64,000 nt of DNA from Lingula anatina (GCA_051362555.1 CM120641.1:28898401-28962400); one strand, 5' to 3'; counted from the first letter of the stretch, positions 12,518-23,671 are shown. Numbers and translations: made by a program. The notes: a model not told the origin generated them from the sequence alone.

Positions 12518-14179
12518 CAGACTTGACATTTAATATGGAATATTTTTTTCGAAATAATTTTTTATCAGTTTTTTCCTATTTTGCTGACTGATAAATGAAA
12601 GTAAGGATTAAACTCGTGTTTTAATAACTTTAAATTATCTCTTTGATGTCATTGTGACATCAGTTCATTAATGGAATTCGCCAGAGAAGCAAACAAAAAC
12701 ACATTGCCTATTCTATGTCATACGACTCCCATTAAAAGAGAGATTTTGGATCTCCATATTTTCCAAATTATCGTCTGTAAAAGGGTAATACGCTCCACAA
12801 AAGACCCTCATGTCAGTTGCTAGTCACAGTAATGGTCGTTGTTACGCCTGGCCTCTTCGTGGCTGTTGCCAGGGCTCTCAAGCGGCAAGGCATTTCTTGG
12901 GGGTAGGTTTTTAGAGTTCAATCTGGATTAGCATTCCAGGCATCGGTCTAAAATTGTCCAATCTGGTCCAGTTTTGTTGTAGGACATGTAGGCAGTTGAT
13001 TGGTGAGTAATGGTCTACCGAAATATTGTCAATGTGGTTCAAATGTGGCGATTTTGATGACCAGGGTAGCTGCTCATTCCCTTGGTTCTGTAAGTTATCT
13101 GCTATTAAAAGTGCTCTGTGTGAACCTGCAACCTCATCGTGCAACCTAGAATTGTTTCTAAGGTGCCCCCTATCAAATGATAGTCAAGTGGTTTCGAGAT
13201 AATTCCTTTATTTAATCTGGTTCAGGTTTTCGTCAATGACTACCGTTGGTGTTTTGGCACCAATATGGAATCTACTCCAAATACTGACGCTGTCAATCAC
13301 CCTTGTCACTTTAGACCCGGCATATTCTTCGTCGTAGGCCTCCTCTGGATATCTGTAAACTCTGTTTTGACTAATTGGGCGGTACAGGTGAAATCTGACC
13401 TCAATAAAGAAAGCCACGCAGTTTCAGTGTTCTACCCAGAATCGTTCATGGCCCCCAATTCATTAGAGAAACAGACGACGATGTTTTGCTGTATACAGTG
13501 GGTACCTCGGAGGTCATTTGGTGTTCTTACCTGCTAAAACCAGTTTGGTGTTCGCTAAGGACTTTGAAAAACGCATTTTAGTGGCAATTTACCCCTCGTT
13601 CTGAACGGACTAAGTGTTTTTTGTTTAGTTGCACCAGCGTATCCCGAAAGACAGTGGGTCCTGTACCCTGTAGGTAAAATTTTGATACATTGGGGGTGAC
13701 CTCTGTGTAGGTACATCAGTCTGGGCATTACTCTATAAAAGTGTGGGGACCGTTCCGTTTGGCGCTATGATCTGTCTGGTTATGTCTGTCTTTTTCGCGC
13801 CATTCTGCCTTAGATTAACAAATTTGTAATGCACTACTTGACTCATCTGACGCACTGCAAAACTGACCGCTTGCATGCAAAATTTCAAATTCTTCTATGC
13901 AGTAGTTGCCGAAATATGGATACTTTTTTGACAGAACTAAGCTTTGCCTAAGCCAAGCTTTGATCAGCCCAAAGGAACACTACCCAATTAAATCACTGCA
14001 AATTACATAATGTAGCAGCGCAACAGGCATGAAAGTCAGTTAATTGGTAGTGACACACCTGACTGCACACTTTTACATTCACAAATCTTATATGAGATCG
14101 GAGTTTTTTGAAAAAAGAACGTATTTTTATCTAGGTATACCTTCTAAACTAAAATATTCCATATTAAATGTCAAGTCTG
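12518..14179 (-). mobile_element. Full-length fossil Tc1/mariner DNA transposon (1662 bp)
   Basis: 29-bp perfect TIR CAGACTTGACATTTAATATGGAATATTTT with its reverse complement at 14151-14179. TA on both sides (12516-17, 14180-81). A decayed transposase lies inside. Confidence 0.95.
12911..13728 (-). pseudogene. Degenerate Tc1 (DD34E-type) transposase
   Basis: Fragments FFIEVRFHL..RVYR..DSVSIWSRFH..KTPTVVIDENLN (resembles FSDESRF..GSVMVWGG..RTPLVVIDGNL) and HRALLIADNLQNQGNEQLPWSSKSPHLNHIDNI (resembles WPAKSPDLNPIE). An MPRL-type start lies at 13728. Stops and frameshifts are present. Confidence 0.9.
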
Positions 14180-15775
14180 TAGATCAAACCAGATAATGAG
14201 GCTATTTTGCTACGAGGCTATTTTGATTTATTGTGTCAAAAGGTTACCACAAAATTTTGTGCTTTTGTCCTCAGTGTAACTAAGTGACTATTATTTTGCG
14301 CTAAGCCGCCTTACTTACCCGCGTACGTAATTCTCAAGCGACGGCATTATTTCGTTTAACGTAGTGAACGATTAAATAAACATGAACCAGCCTACATGAA
14401 TGTCAACTATACGAACTTTGCTTAGCATTGAATAGGATATTTTTCCTCTGTCAACTTGAAATCATACTCATTAGGCGTGCATTTGGTGGGCATTGTATGG
14501 GTTGGAATTGCACCCGTGAGGCTAGAAACGTCACAGCGTCTCAAGGAGCAAGAACATACTGGAGTGTATGTGCACGTACAGGAGATTTTATATGCAACAA
14601 TAGGATAAATACATGCACACTGTTCGTCACAACATGCTAGCTTACAGAAAACGTTTTCAATGATCACCGTTTACACTATGTGCGCTAGGAAGGATATAAT
14701 ACCGCCAAGTAGGCCCACTGCGTTGGGACAACCACAAGGGTGAGATTATCCTGGTACATACTTTTTTGTACGGGGTATGTACGTTGGCGTTACTAGAACC
14801 ATTGTAATTTCTACTGGTACATCGAAACATCGACCGCGTCGCTTTCCTGAAGTGCTACTGCTATTGATTTTCGTGTGTTCAACATGATTAAATACCGTTT
14901 GGAAAAATGACCCTGCTGTACATGAACAAAGAGACGGTAATACTTGGTACATATGTTATATACCTATACATGCACTCTGCATCTGTGCGACACATCCGCC
15001 GACGACACTGTTATTAACGCAATACGAGTACCTCTGAGAACTATAATTCGGCTTTCAGCAGTCAACCATTCATCGTATTGACCAACTACCTTTGCCTTTA
15101 GGTACATGTATCACGAGGCTTGGAATGGTCGCCATTAATTCTTCCTAGGGTACTCCTCCCTGTATCCCCGAGGGCAACATGAAAGGGGGCAGATCAGCCA
15201 AGCGCATATATCTACACGGCATGAGATTCCGGATGCACGACAGCAATACACGTATGTTGTATTAGATATTTACAATTGTGAGTGCCCGAAAGGAAAAGCA
15301 AATTTTGTTGGTCAGAGCAAAGTCGGTTGTATGCGTTGTTCTTCAGAGCGACTGTCTTTGAATGGACAATGTCATCAGAAAGACTGATAAACTAGTCCCC
15401 TTAGAAAGAAATGTGCTGATACAATTCTCTGGTGATACGTGTACTGTAGGTGGAAACTTGTGAACAAAAGGATCTACAGCAGCCGCCCATTTGTGGAAAC
15501 AAGTCACCGCTATCATATGGGAGATGGATCGGGCACTGCGAATTGTGATCTTGTTATGATTTATTTCTCATTTTCTATGGACCCTCGGAACTCCCTAAAC
15601 GACGTAATCTGGAAAAAGTGGCACAAATAAGGAACATTTCACGGCAAGATCTGCTCAGGATAACCCAAAGAAGGTGCTTTGTCGATATAAACAGATGGTC
15701 GTTTTACAGCGAAAGTAAAATCCAAGACTGGTGAATTGTCACATTACATTTACTGATATATTTTGCATTTTATGC

Positions 15776-16963
15776 ATGATGGCTAGAAGAAAAATAAGGA
15801 GTTATATTTACTTTGCTGTAAAGGCATTGGGGATTTTGATGGTATTGCGCTTAATTTCCTCGTTATTCCATGCACCATTTGCAGTGTCGAGGCAATCAGT
15901 TGCAGACGCAAAGTACCACAGCTATGCCACCGAGACAGCTGCAAAGCCGACAGGACGCCCTCACAGATTCTTATACACACCGACAGAAAAGTCTAATACT
16001 CTTGCCCCTAGTAAAGACATTTTCAGAGCAAGGACAAAGGCTCTCGGTATGTATCAAATGTCAAGTGATTTTTACGGCAAGCATTCCGTGGCTCAGCTTG
16101 TGAAAAGTCATAAGCTCGTCGAAGAAGGTGCGAATCCTCACGATTTTCGTTACATCATTCAACCAAAAGAACCCTGCAAAGATACCCAAAACATCTATAT
16201 TACTATCATAGTAAGCTCACACCCCAGTCATTCAAGTAGGAGAAATATCATTCGAAATACATGGGGCAATCCAAAAACGTTTGAATTCAAGGGGATTTTA
16301 ACACGTACCATATTTGTGATGGGACTTTCCAGGAATTCTACAACAAATTGGGCTTTGCTCGAAGAAGGTAAAAAATTTAACGATATTGTCCTTGAAGATT
16401 TTTTAACCGAATACAAGAATATGACTTATGCGCATATAGCAGGTTTTAAGTGGATTGCCACGTATTGTAACCAGTCGAAGTGGACAATTAAGACTGATGA
16501 TGATGTTTATGTTAATATCTTTCAAGCAATAAGTTTTCAAGAAAAGAACAAACTCACAGGCGATTTTATCGCTGGGGCTATCACCACGCCTGCAGTATAC
16601 AGACGCGGTGGAAAATGGCGCGTGACAAAATCTGAGTATATAGATGACCGATACCAGACGTACCCTATGGGATATGGTTATATGACTACAACAAACTTAG
16701 TGTCCAAGATGTATACTGCGTCTATTTCGACACCGTTTTACTGGATCGACGATGTTTATGTGGGGATTTTAGCCGCTAAAGTTGGTGGCGTGCGCTTCAA
16801 AAGGACACAAACTAACAATTGGCTGGGTAAAAACGTAAACATTATTGTTTTAGCAAATAATGGCGCGCTTTTCACACATTTGGAGGCCAGGCATGTCAGT
16901 AAAGCCACTGATATCTTTAAAAAACAAAATCAAACATATCATCAGGGCTTAAAAAGACGCTGA
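15776..16963 (+). CDS. Single-exon GT31-family beta-1,3-glycosyltransferase (B3GALT/B3GNT-like), type II membrane protein, ~395 aa
   Basis: Basic tail and TM segment (MMARRKIRSYIYFAVKALGILMVLRLISSLF), then RRNIIRNTWG, EGKKFNDIVLEDF, the DxD motif KTDDDVYVN, GYGY, WIDDVYVGILA and a C-terminal His. The ORF track starts at GTG 15731; the first ATG is at 15776. Confidence 0.95.
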   Translation: MMARRKIRSYIYFAVKALGILMVLRLISSLFHAPFAVSRQSVADAKYHSYATETAAKPTGRPHRFLYTPTEKSNTLAPSKDIFRARTKALGMYQMSSDFYGKHSVAQLVKSHKLVEEGANPHDFRYIIQPKEPCKDTQNIYITIIVSSHPSHSSRRNIIRNTWGNPKTFEFKGILTRTIFVMGLSRNSTTNWALLEEGKKFNDIVLEDFLTEYKNMTYAHIAGFKWIATYCNQSKWTIKTDDDVYVNIFQAISFQEKNKLTGDFIAGAITTPAVYRRGGKWRVTKSEYIDDRYQTYPMGYGYMTTTNLVSKMYTASISTPFYWIDDVYVGILAAKVGGVRFKRTQTNNWLGKNVNIIVLANNGALFTHLEARHVSKATDIFKKQNQTYHQGLKRR

Positions 16964-18107
16964 TTACAATAATGTATTTTGTTCCTTTTTTTTGCTCCTA
17001 GCATCACGTTCTGACGGTTTGATAATAAACAGATTATTCTTTTGCAATACAGTCAACGTTTGCTTTCACTGTCTTATATTTTATGAATGCAAATAAGATA
17101 AGTATTTTTTTCCAGATATCGATTCTTCTTTGGGTTTCTATATGCCTAATAATAAGGCATATGTTGCTGGGGTGACAACGTATTATCTCATACATAATTT
17201 GACCCTATATCTATGATTTGATTTATAATTAATTAATAATTATGGGAATTTAGTTGCGTTTTCTGAGTACATTTCTAGTTTGCCACGTGTTTTTCATTGA
17301 GCAAATGTGAAAAATGAATAGCCATTTTGCAGAATACTCGATGTGTGTTTCCTGAATAGTGGGGATCTACACATGTTGTATAAAAATGAAAATGAAAATA
17401 AATAGATAAATAAATAAATAATGCACTACCACAAAGTTTTCTCCGCGAAAAACACAACACTTTTTTCTGGCCATATAGGACTATTTTAGGGCAATGCAGT
17501 TATTTCAACGATGAAATTTTACACGTATTGTTTTATACCTGACAACAATACTGTCGTCTGAGCATGAAACGAATAAACTCGGACATGGTTTGACATTAAA
17601 AATGTTTTATTATGTTTTATGATAGGGACATCGCACAAGATCTGACTGAGTCGAATACAAGGTTATCATGGTGCAGTCGTCATGAGGAGCTAGGCTGCAC
17701 AAGTATGTAATGTCCATTGTTGACGATGTACGTGTACCAGAAGACGGATTCTGAATACTGCATACTGTTTTATGGCGATGCTCTGGAGTTGTTTTGCTCT
17801 TCGGATATTTGCGCTGCCCAAAAGAGTCTGTATTTACTGAAAAGATAAAATTAATTATGTCAACTTAATAAATACTGCAGTAATTAAGGTGGGTAAAATT
17901 GGTCACCAAGTGATATGCACTGGTCAGTCGTATTTTAAATTAGGTTATATGTTAAGCGCATATTCAGTATACCTGGTATACGCTCCTCAGTTTCCTGATT
18001 CTTTAGCAGATTGCTAAACTTAAAACACCCTCTAAAAATTAACTAAAAATATCTCACGAGAATTTAAGGGGGAAAAACATATTCGGCATACAAAGAGAGC
18101 ATAAGCG

Positions 18108-18362
18108 TCAATAACTAACCCAATAAGTCTTCTTGGCGCCGTAGTGTCTTGGGTAGTAGCCATAATCACCGAAGACGAACTTGCCACGGGAAGATAATAC
18201 AGCGGCAGTGTTGGCTGCGCCACGGGCCCGGGATGCAGGATCGAGCTGATAACCCCCTGGGTAGTATGTGAGGCGGCCATCTGGTCCTGGGTAGTAGTAT
18301 TCTCCAGGGACGGCACACGCCACGGCTAAAATAGCGACGAGACAGACAGCTTTCAACATCAT
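18108..18362 (-). CDS. Secreted Tyr/Gly-rich small protein, copy A (84 aa, intronless)
   Basis: Signal MMLKAVCLVAILAVACA. The 67-aa mature part has 12 Tyr, no Cys, and the core YQLDPASRARGAANTAAVL. TATA at 18426-18432 (minus), AATAAA at ~17606 (minus), and a conserved paralog at 22242. Confidence 0.9.
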   Translation of the reverse strand: MMLKAVCLVAILAVACAVPGEYYYPGPDGRLTYYPGGYQLDPASRARGAANTAAVLSSRGKFVFGDYGYYPRHYGAKKTYWVSY

Positions 18363-18649
18363 GGCGATTACTTGCTTGTGAGACGATCAAATATCGAAAC
18401 GCTGAGAAGACACTCAAATCGCTCTTTTTATAGTAAATTTTGTGCGTGCGACTTGCTCATTACGTGTTTCTTTTATCTTTTTTCTATTTTTTTTTTCAAT
18501 TACCGCATTTATTTTGATTTATCGTCATTATGTTGATCACGTACTTTAAATAATTGGCATGGGTAAGTGTTTTTCATACGCCCTTCATCTATTCTTATAA
18601 TTAATATTATTATTAGCTATAAAAAGTTAATATCGTCACTTACTGATAA

Positions 18650-18870
18650 GCACTGGTCAGTCTTAATTTAAATCTAATTGTGAATCAGTATTTCTGTTAT
18701 TTTCCTAAATCTTTAGAAAGTTCTGAACTTAATTTGATACCTCACGTGAATCAAAAAAGGGCATATTTGGTATACAAAGATAGCTATGCGGCAGTTTTCC
18801 ACCCAAAATACCTTCTGGCGCCGTGGGTAGAGTGTTATAATTTCACCTTGGATAGTTACCGACCTTCAAG
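18650..18870 (-). pseudogene. Decayed 3' fragment of a further Tyr/Gly-rich peptide paralog
   Basis: gcactggtcagtc...cctaaatctttag...cacgtgaa...acccaaaataccttctggcgccgt parallels 17917-18144 (3' UTR and C-terminal codons of copy A). The 5' part is missing next to the HINE insertion. Confidence 0.6.
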
Positions 18871-18914
18871 CAATAGCGTTGATTATAAGAATATATAGTG
18901 TCATGTTGTTCTTG

Positions 18915-19153
18915 TTACCTCCGCCAAGGAGGTTATGTTTTCACCCCTGTTTGTTTGTTTGTTTGTCATCAACATAACTCAAAAAGTTATTGACCGATTT
19001 TGATTAAATTTTCAGGAACTGTCAGAAGTGGACCAAGGGACAGATGATTAGTTTTTGGGGGTGATCTGGATCAATAATCAATCAATAATCAATAATAATA
19101 AAAAAAAATGCTGCCTTGGCGGAGGTCTGCGCTCTCGGAGTGCTTTTCTAGTT
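18915..19153 (+). mobile_element. Non-autonomous Helentron (HINE/DINE-1-like) element
   Basis: Sub-terminal inverted repeat ACCTCCGCCAAGG (18917) / CCTTGGCGGAGGT (19114-19126), internal (GTTT)n and (ATCAATA)n, 3' stem-loop GCGCTCTCGGAGTGC followed by TTTTCTAGTT. Confidence 0.85.
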
Positions 19154-19539
19154 AGTTGTCTGTTAATCTGATTGCATTTAGCAGGAGTACCCGTGGAGTA
19201 AGTATGTAAAAGCTATTGCGATCTAGTGGTTCTGATATATTGCAAGTTTATACTGTCAGGTGGTTTTCATGATGAAAAAGACCGCCGTTTCTCATTCGAC
19301 TTTATTCTAAGTATTCTAGTATTCACTTGACTCTTCAGGAACACTTCGCCTCCGTGATGTCTCTAGAGGTTTTTTATTGTCGTGGAGGTGCCTCTAGTAG
19401 AATTAAATAAGGCAGCAAAGATGTGAAATATGCAGACAAAAAGCAGAAATAATGAAGCACAAATAAGATATTTGTCAATTTAGATACAGTAATACATTAT
19501 GCTCCACATCATTTTCAATTATGCATACTTCCAGAAAAA

Positions 19540-20340
19540 GAATACACTCAGGCTAGCTTTCCAAAATAGGGTTTTCTTCAATTTTGACGCAATATTACAT
19601 AATACTTAACAGCCTGATCACCAACAGTTTTTAATAGTATACTAAAATTATCATGTATATTCACAAAATGTAACTGGTAAAAGTCTTCAGGCCCATGGAA
19701 GTTCAAAGTCACACCTTGAAGATGCTGATATGTGAAAACGTTATATGTCACAAAGAACTGCATAACCTCCAGAAAAAATATCAATCAGGCTGGTATTCCA
19801 ACTCGGGCTATATTTTAGTCCTGTTTCTTATCTGTAAGTTTGAGAATCATAAGTGACATGGTTAATTTCCTTAAATGTTCGCTATGATGGCAGTGGCTAA
19901 AATAGGGTTTTCTTCAATTTTTATGCAATATTAATATTACATAATGCTCAACAGCACAATCACCACTAATTTTTAGTACAGTGTAGTATACTATAAGTAT
20001 CAGGGATAATGGAAGTTCAAAGTCACACCCTGAAATGGCCAATATATGAAAAATGAACATTTCTCGGAAAAAAGCATAACTTAGAGAAATACGATCAGAT
20101 CAGGATGGTTTTCGTACTCGACCTGTATTTTAGTAATATTGATCAGTCCTGTAATTAAGTTTGAAGGCAATAGGTCAATCGGTTTTCCACGAGTCATCTG
20201 TATTGCATACACATGCAAGCTTTTAAAAAAATCAAACGAAAAAACAGCATAACTTTTGGAAAAATATTTCGATTAAGCTGGTTTTCGAACTCGACTTGTA
20301 TTTTATGAATATTTAACAGTTCTTTAAGTTTGAAAACAAA
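19540..20340. repeat. Internally duplicated dispersed repeat (two to three decayed subunits)
   Basis: aaatagggttttcttcaatttt at ~19564 and ~19899, atggaagttcaaagtcacacc at ~19695 and ~20009, and gcataac...ggttttcg..ctcgac.tgtatttt repeated at ~20075-20130 and ~20248-20305. Confidence 0.65.
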
Positions 20341-20812
20341 TGTGCTCAGCGACGGCGACGGTGGCGTCAACGACAGACGCAGGTAATGGCTCTATGTACA
20401 GACACATCTGTATCTGTACATAATGGCCAATGCATGGAATGACCAATGAGCGTAAAAGAGTTGTGTCACTGAAGACATTAAAGGTAGATTTGAACCGAGA
20501 GTCGGTGGAGTGTGGATTCCCAGTGACGCATATAAACACTTCTACTAGTTTCTTACATTACTCAAATTATGTCGAAATGCCAGGGGATAAACCGAATTAA
20601 TCAACCATAAAATGTTTTAAACTGCACCTTCTTCTAATTTGCCCCGTTTATACAAAGCAGAAAAAGCAAGCAGAAAAATCCGTTAAAATATCATTTCTCG
20701 GTAATATGATACGATGACTTTTGGTGTTTCTATTAATTATACCGAGTAAAACTAAATAGTGTCATTTGGCCGGCTTTTGTGGAAATTAATATTGATTCAA
20801 ATATATCTTTAA

Positions 20813-21135
20813 AGGGATATCAACTTTTCACATGAGATTCAAAATTCAACAATAAATGCATTATAAACAACACTTAGAAATGTAATTCCATTTCACCACC
20901 AAAACGGCGGCTATCGTAATTATGCTGAGATCTGTGCTTGCCATCGGACCTCGTGTACCTTCTTATATGGCTTCCCTCCGTGATAATCTCTTGAGGTATT
21001 GTTACTAAAACACTTTTTCAAAAATATCGACTACCTTTCAATGATGGAATGGATTCAATATACGTCGGTGTGGGAATTTTTTTATTTGCCCGTCTTATGG
21101 AACTTTTCCTGCCAAAATGAAGAGTTGCTATCTAT
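20813..21135. mobile_element. Older diverged copy of the TTAA-TSD Kolobok-like MITE
   Basis: TTAA-AGGGATATCAACTTTT...AAGAGTTGCTATCTAT-TTAA. The interior is colinear with 11921-12258 (atgagat..caataaa..caaaacggc.g.tat). Confidence 0.75.
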
Positions 21136-21529
21136 TTAAGTCTGAAATAAGGATAATGTGATTACTCATGCTATGTATTCCTGAATGATAAAGTAGTTTA
21201 ATAAAACTCGAAGGAAGGAGTCATTAACTAGCAATTTTTAACAGGGGCTCTTTTGCTTGGACTGAGCACCTTTGCACTATGACTGACAACTACGTTTTTT
21301 TTACTTATGTCATAGTACCCTTGCACTAAAACGTTTTTTTTTTAAGTATGTAATAGTACCTTTGCACTAAATCTGACAATTATGTTTTATCTGCATCACT
21401 GCATAAAAATATTAATGCCTCATATCTGATAATTGATTGGATTACTGCACCCCATGTACCTGGTACTATCAGTCCTTAAATCTTTCTATTTTTTTTTTAT
21501 TAAATAATAATAACTTGCTTGTGTTTCAT

Positions 21530-21805
21530 CTTTTTTTTTTTCAATTACCACATTTATTTTGATTTAACGTCATTGTGTTGATCAGGTTCTTAAAATAATT
21601 GGCGTAGGTAAGGACAGTTATTAACCTTTCATACATTCTTATAATTAAAGCTATTGTTATTTATAAAAATAGGTAAATATCGTCACTTACTGATAAGCAC
21701 TGGTCAGTCGTAATTTAAATTTGAACGTGTGTTAAGCGTATATTCAGTATTTCTGGCATTTTCCTAAATCTTTAGCGGCAATATGCCTTCTTGGTGCCGT
21801 AGCTA
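21530..21805 (-). pseudogene. Promoter remnant plus 3' fragment of another Tyr/Gly-rich peptide paralog
   Basis: 21541-21720 is a direct copy of ~18495-18672. gccttcttggtgccgtagc at ~21785 matches the reverse complement of the GTKKA codons of copy B. Confidence 0.6.
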
Positions 21806-22241
21806 CTATCAGTCCTTAAGTCTTTTTTTATTATTAATAAACTTATTTCTTTTGATTTATCGTCATGCGATTGACAAGGGCAAGGAAAACCATTGTTTTA
21901 CCAGTTTCATTGACTTTCTTTTTTCTTCTTTTTCTGGCGGTAATTCAATGATATTATACATTATACACGTTTAAGGCATTGCTTCTAAAACCAATTGCGT
22001 ATATTCGAATGAAACTGGTAGAAAAACTTTATCCTTTCCCACACCCAATTAAAAAAAAACGTGATCAATGTAGTGACGATAAATCAAAAATAAATGCGGT
22101 AATTGAAAAAGAGAAAATAGATTAAGTATAGATAAAACACAAAATAAGCAAGTAGCACGCACAACATTTTCTATAAAAAGAGCGGTTTGAACATCTTCTC
22201 AGCGTTTCGATATTTGATCGTCTCACAAGCAAGTAATCGCC

Positions 22242-22514
22242 ATGATGTTGAAAGCTGTCTGTCTCCTCGCTATTTTGGCCGTGGCGTGTGCCGTCCCTGG
22301 AGGATACTACTACCCCGGACCAGATGGCCGCCTCACATACTACCCCGAGGGTTATCAGCTCGATCCTGCATCCCGGGCCCGTGGCGCAGCCAACACTGCC
22401 GCTGTATTATCTTCCCGTGGCAAGTCCATCTTGGGTGACTATGGCTACTATCCAAGACGTTACAACTATTATGGTCGCTATGGCACCAAGAAGGCTTACT
22501 GGGTTAGTTATTAA
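22242..22514 (+). CDS. Secreted Tyr/Gly-rich small protein, copy B (90 aa, intronless)
   Basis: Signal MMLKAVCLLAILAVACA. The 73-aa mature part has 15 Tyr. TATAAAA at 22172-22178, gccATG context, AATAAA at 23081. In-frame 18-nt insertion relative to copy A. Confidence 0.9.
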   Translation: MMLKAVCLLAILAVACAVPGGYYYPGPDGRLTYYPEGYQLDPASRARGAANTAAVLSSRGKSILGDYGYYPRRYNYYGRYGTKKAYWVSY

Positions 22515-23142
22515 AGCTTGATTTGGTTTTGTGTACCAGATATGCTCTTTTCTTCTTAAATTCACGTGAGCTCTCTTTTCTTTATTTCCAGTTGTGGTCT
22601 AAATCTTGTAATGTTAATTTCGAAATCTTCTAAAGATATGAAGATAGTATTTCAGGTGTGCTTAATAAGCGCTTAACAATTGATCAAATTCATATGAATT
22701 GATGATTTCTCTGTTTTCTGGCCTCAGTTCCGACGTTTTGATAGATGTAAATAACGACTGGCTAGTGCTTATTAGTAAGTTTGTGTCCATACATAATTTT
22801 TTTATTATTGTAGCATATGTTATCTGTTTGAATTCAAGTATTAAAATTTCTTTCCAGTAAATACCGACCTAAACAATTTTGGGCAGCACAAATATCCGAA
22901 GAGCAAAACAACCCCAGTGCATCGCCTTAAAGCAGTTAGCAGCATTCAGAATTCGTACACGCACAACTTAGACAAAGGACATGACATAATTGCGCCATCT
23001 GGCTACGCAGATGGACTGAATAACCTTGTAGTTTACATATAGTCAGATCTTGTGAGATTTCTCTATTACTATCGTTTCTCAATAAAACATTTTGAATGCT
23101 AAACCATGTTTGTGTTTATTCGTTACATGCTCAGACGACCGG

Positions 23143-23181
<39 letters not shown>

Positions 23182-23622
23182 TTTTTTTTTTTTTTTTTTT
23201 GACCAGCATAAAACTAGATGTCAGGTTTCATTGTTAAGAAAACTGCATTTTCCTCAAAAAGTTTTACAATGGTCAAAAACTTTCTTTCTTTCCGCTACAA
23301 GGGCGAATATGAATATACTAATATTGTTGACTTATTCTACAATCTAAACTGGAATCAAAATCAAATAGAAAAGTCAACATTAAAACAAATTTTCCTCTTC
23401 AAACCAAAAAATTAAGATGGAAACCAGGCCCCGGTTTCATAACATTAGCATGATTCACTGGTTGCGGAAATGGTTATGACCGAATGAGGCCGGATGAAAC
23501 CAAGTGAGCTTCGTGTAAAGACTGTACAAGACTGGCATGAAAACCGACTAAAAATCGAAAAAAGAACGAAAAAATATATACATGTATATATATCCAGTCA
23601 ATTCCTCCTTGGCACAAAAACA

Positions 23623-23666
<44 letters not shown>
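23143..23666. repeat. Simple repeats: (TTA)n plus T-run (23143-23200) and a long A-run (~23624-23666)
   Basis: Directly visible. Confidence 0.95.

Positions 23667-23671
<5 letters not shown>

Larger units (their letters stand above)
17553..23140. repeat. Inverted duplication with ~1-kb arms (~17553-18560 and ~22040-23140) around a ~3.5-kb spacer
   Basis: Reverse-complement matches run through promoter, CDS and 3' UTR, e.g. gttttgctcttcggatatttg(c/t)gctgcccaaa at ~17790 vs ~22880, and gtcgtctgagcatg at 17553 vs catgctcagacgac at ~23127. Confidence 0.93.

Noticed and set aside
14422-14667. Cys-rich minus-strand ORF (and overlapping plus ORF) as a second toxin-like gene
   Set aside because: No signal peptide, no convincing splice partner and no recognisable Cys framework. 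TG/CA-rich DNA yields Cys by chance.
18032-22521. Alternative-frame ORFs over the Tyr-rich peptide genes (18032..18316, 18166..18417, 22187..22438, 22288..22521)
   Set aside because: They are shared only because the DNA is duplicated. They lack signal peptides, and two of them rely on TTG starts.
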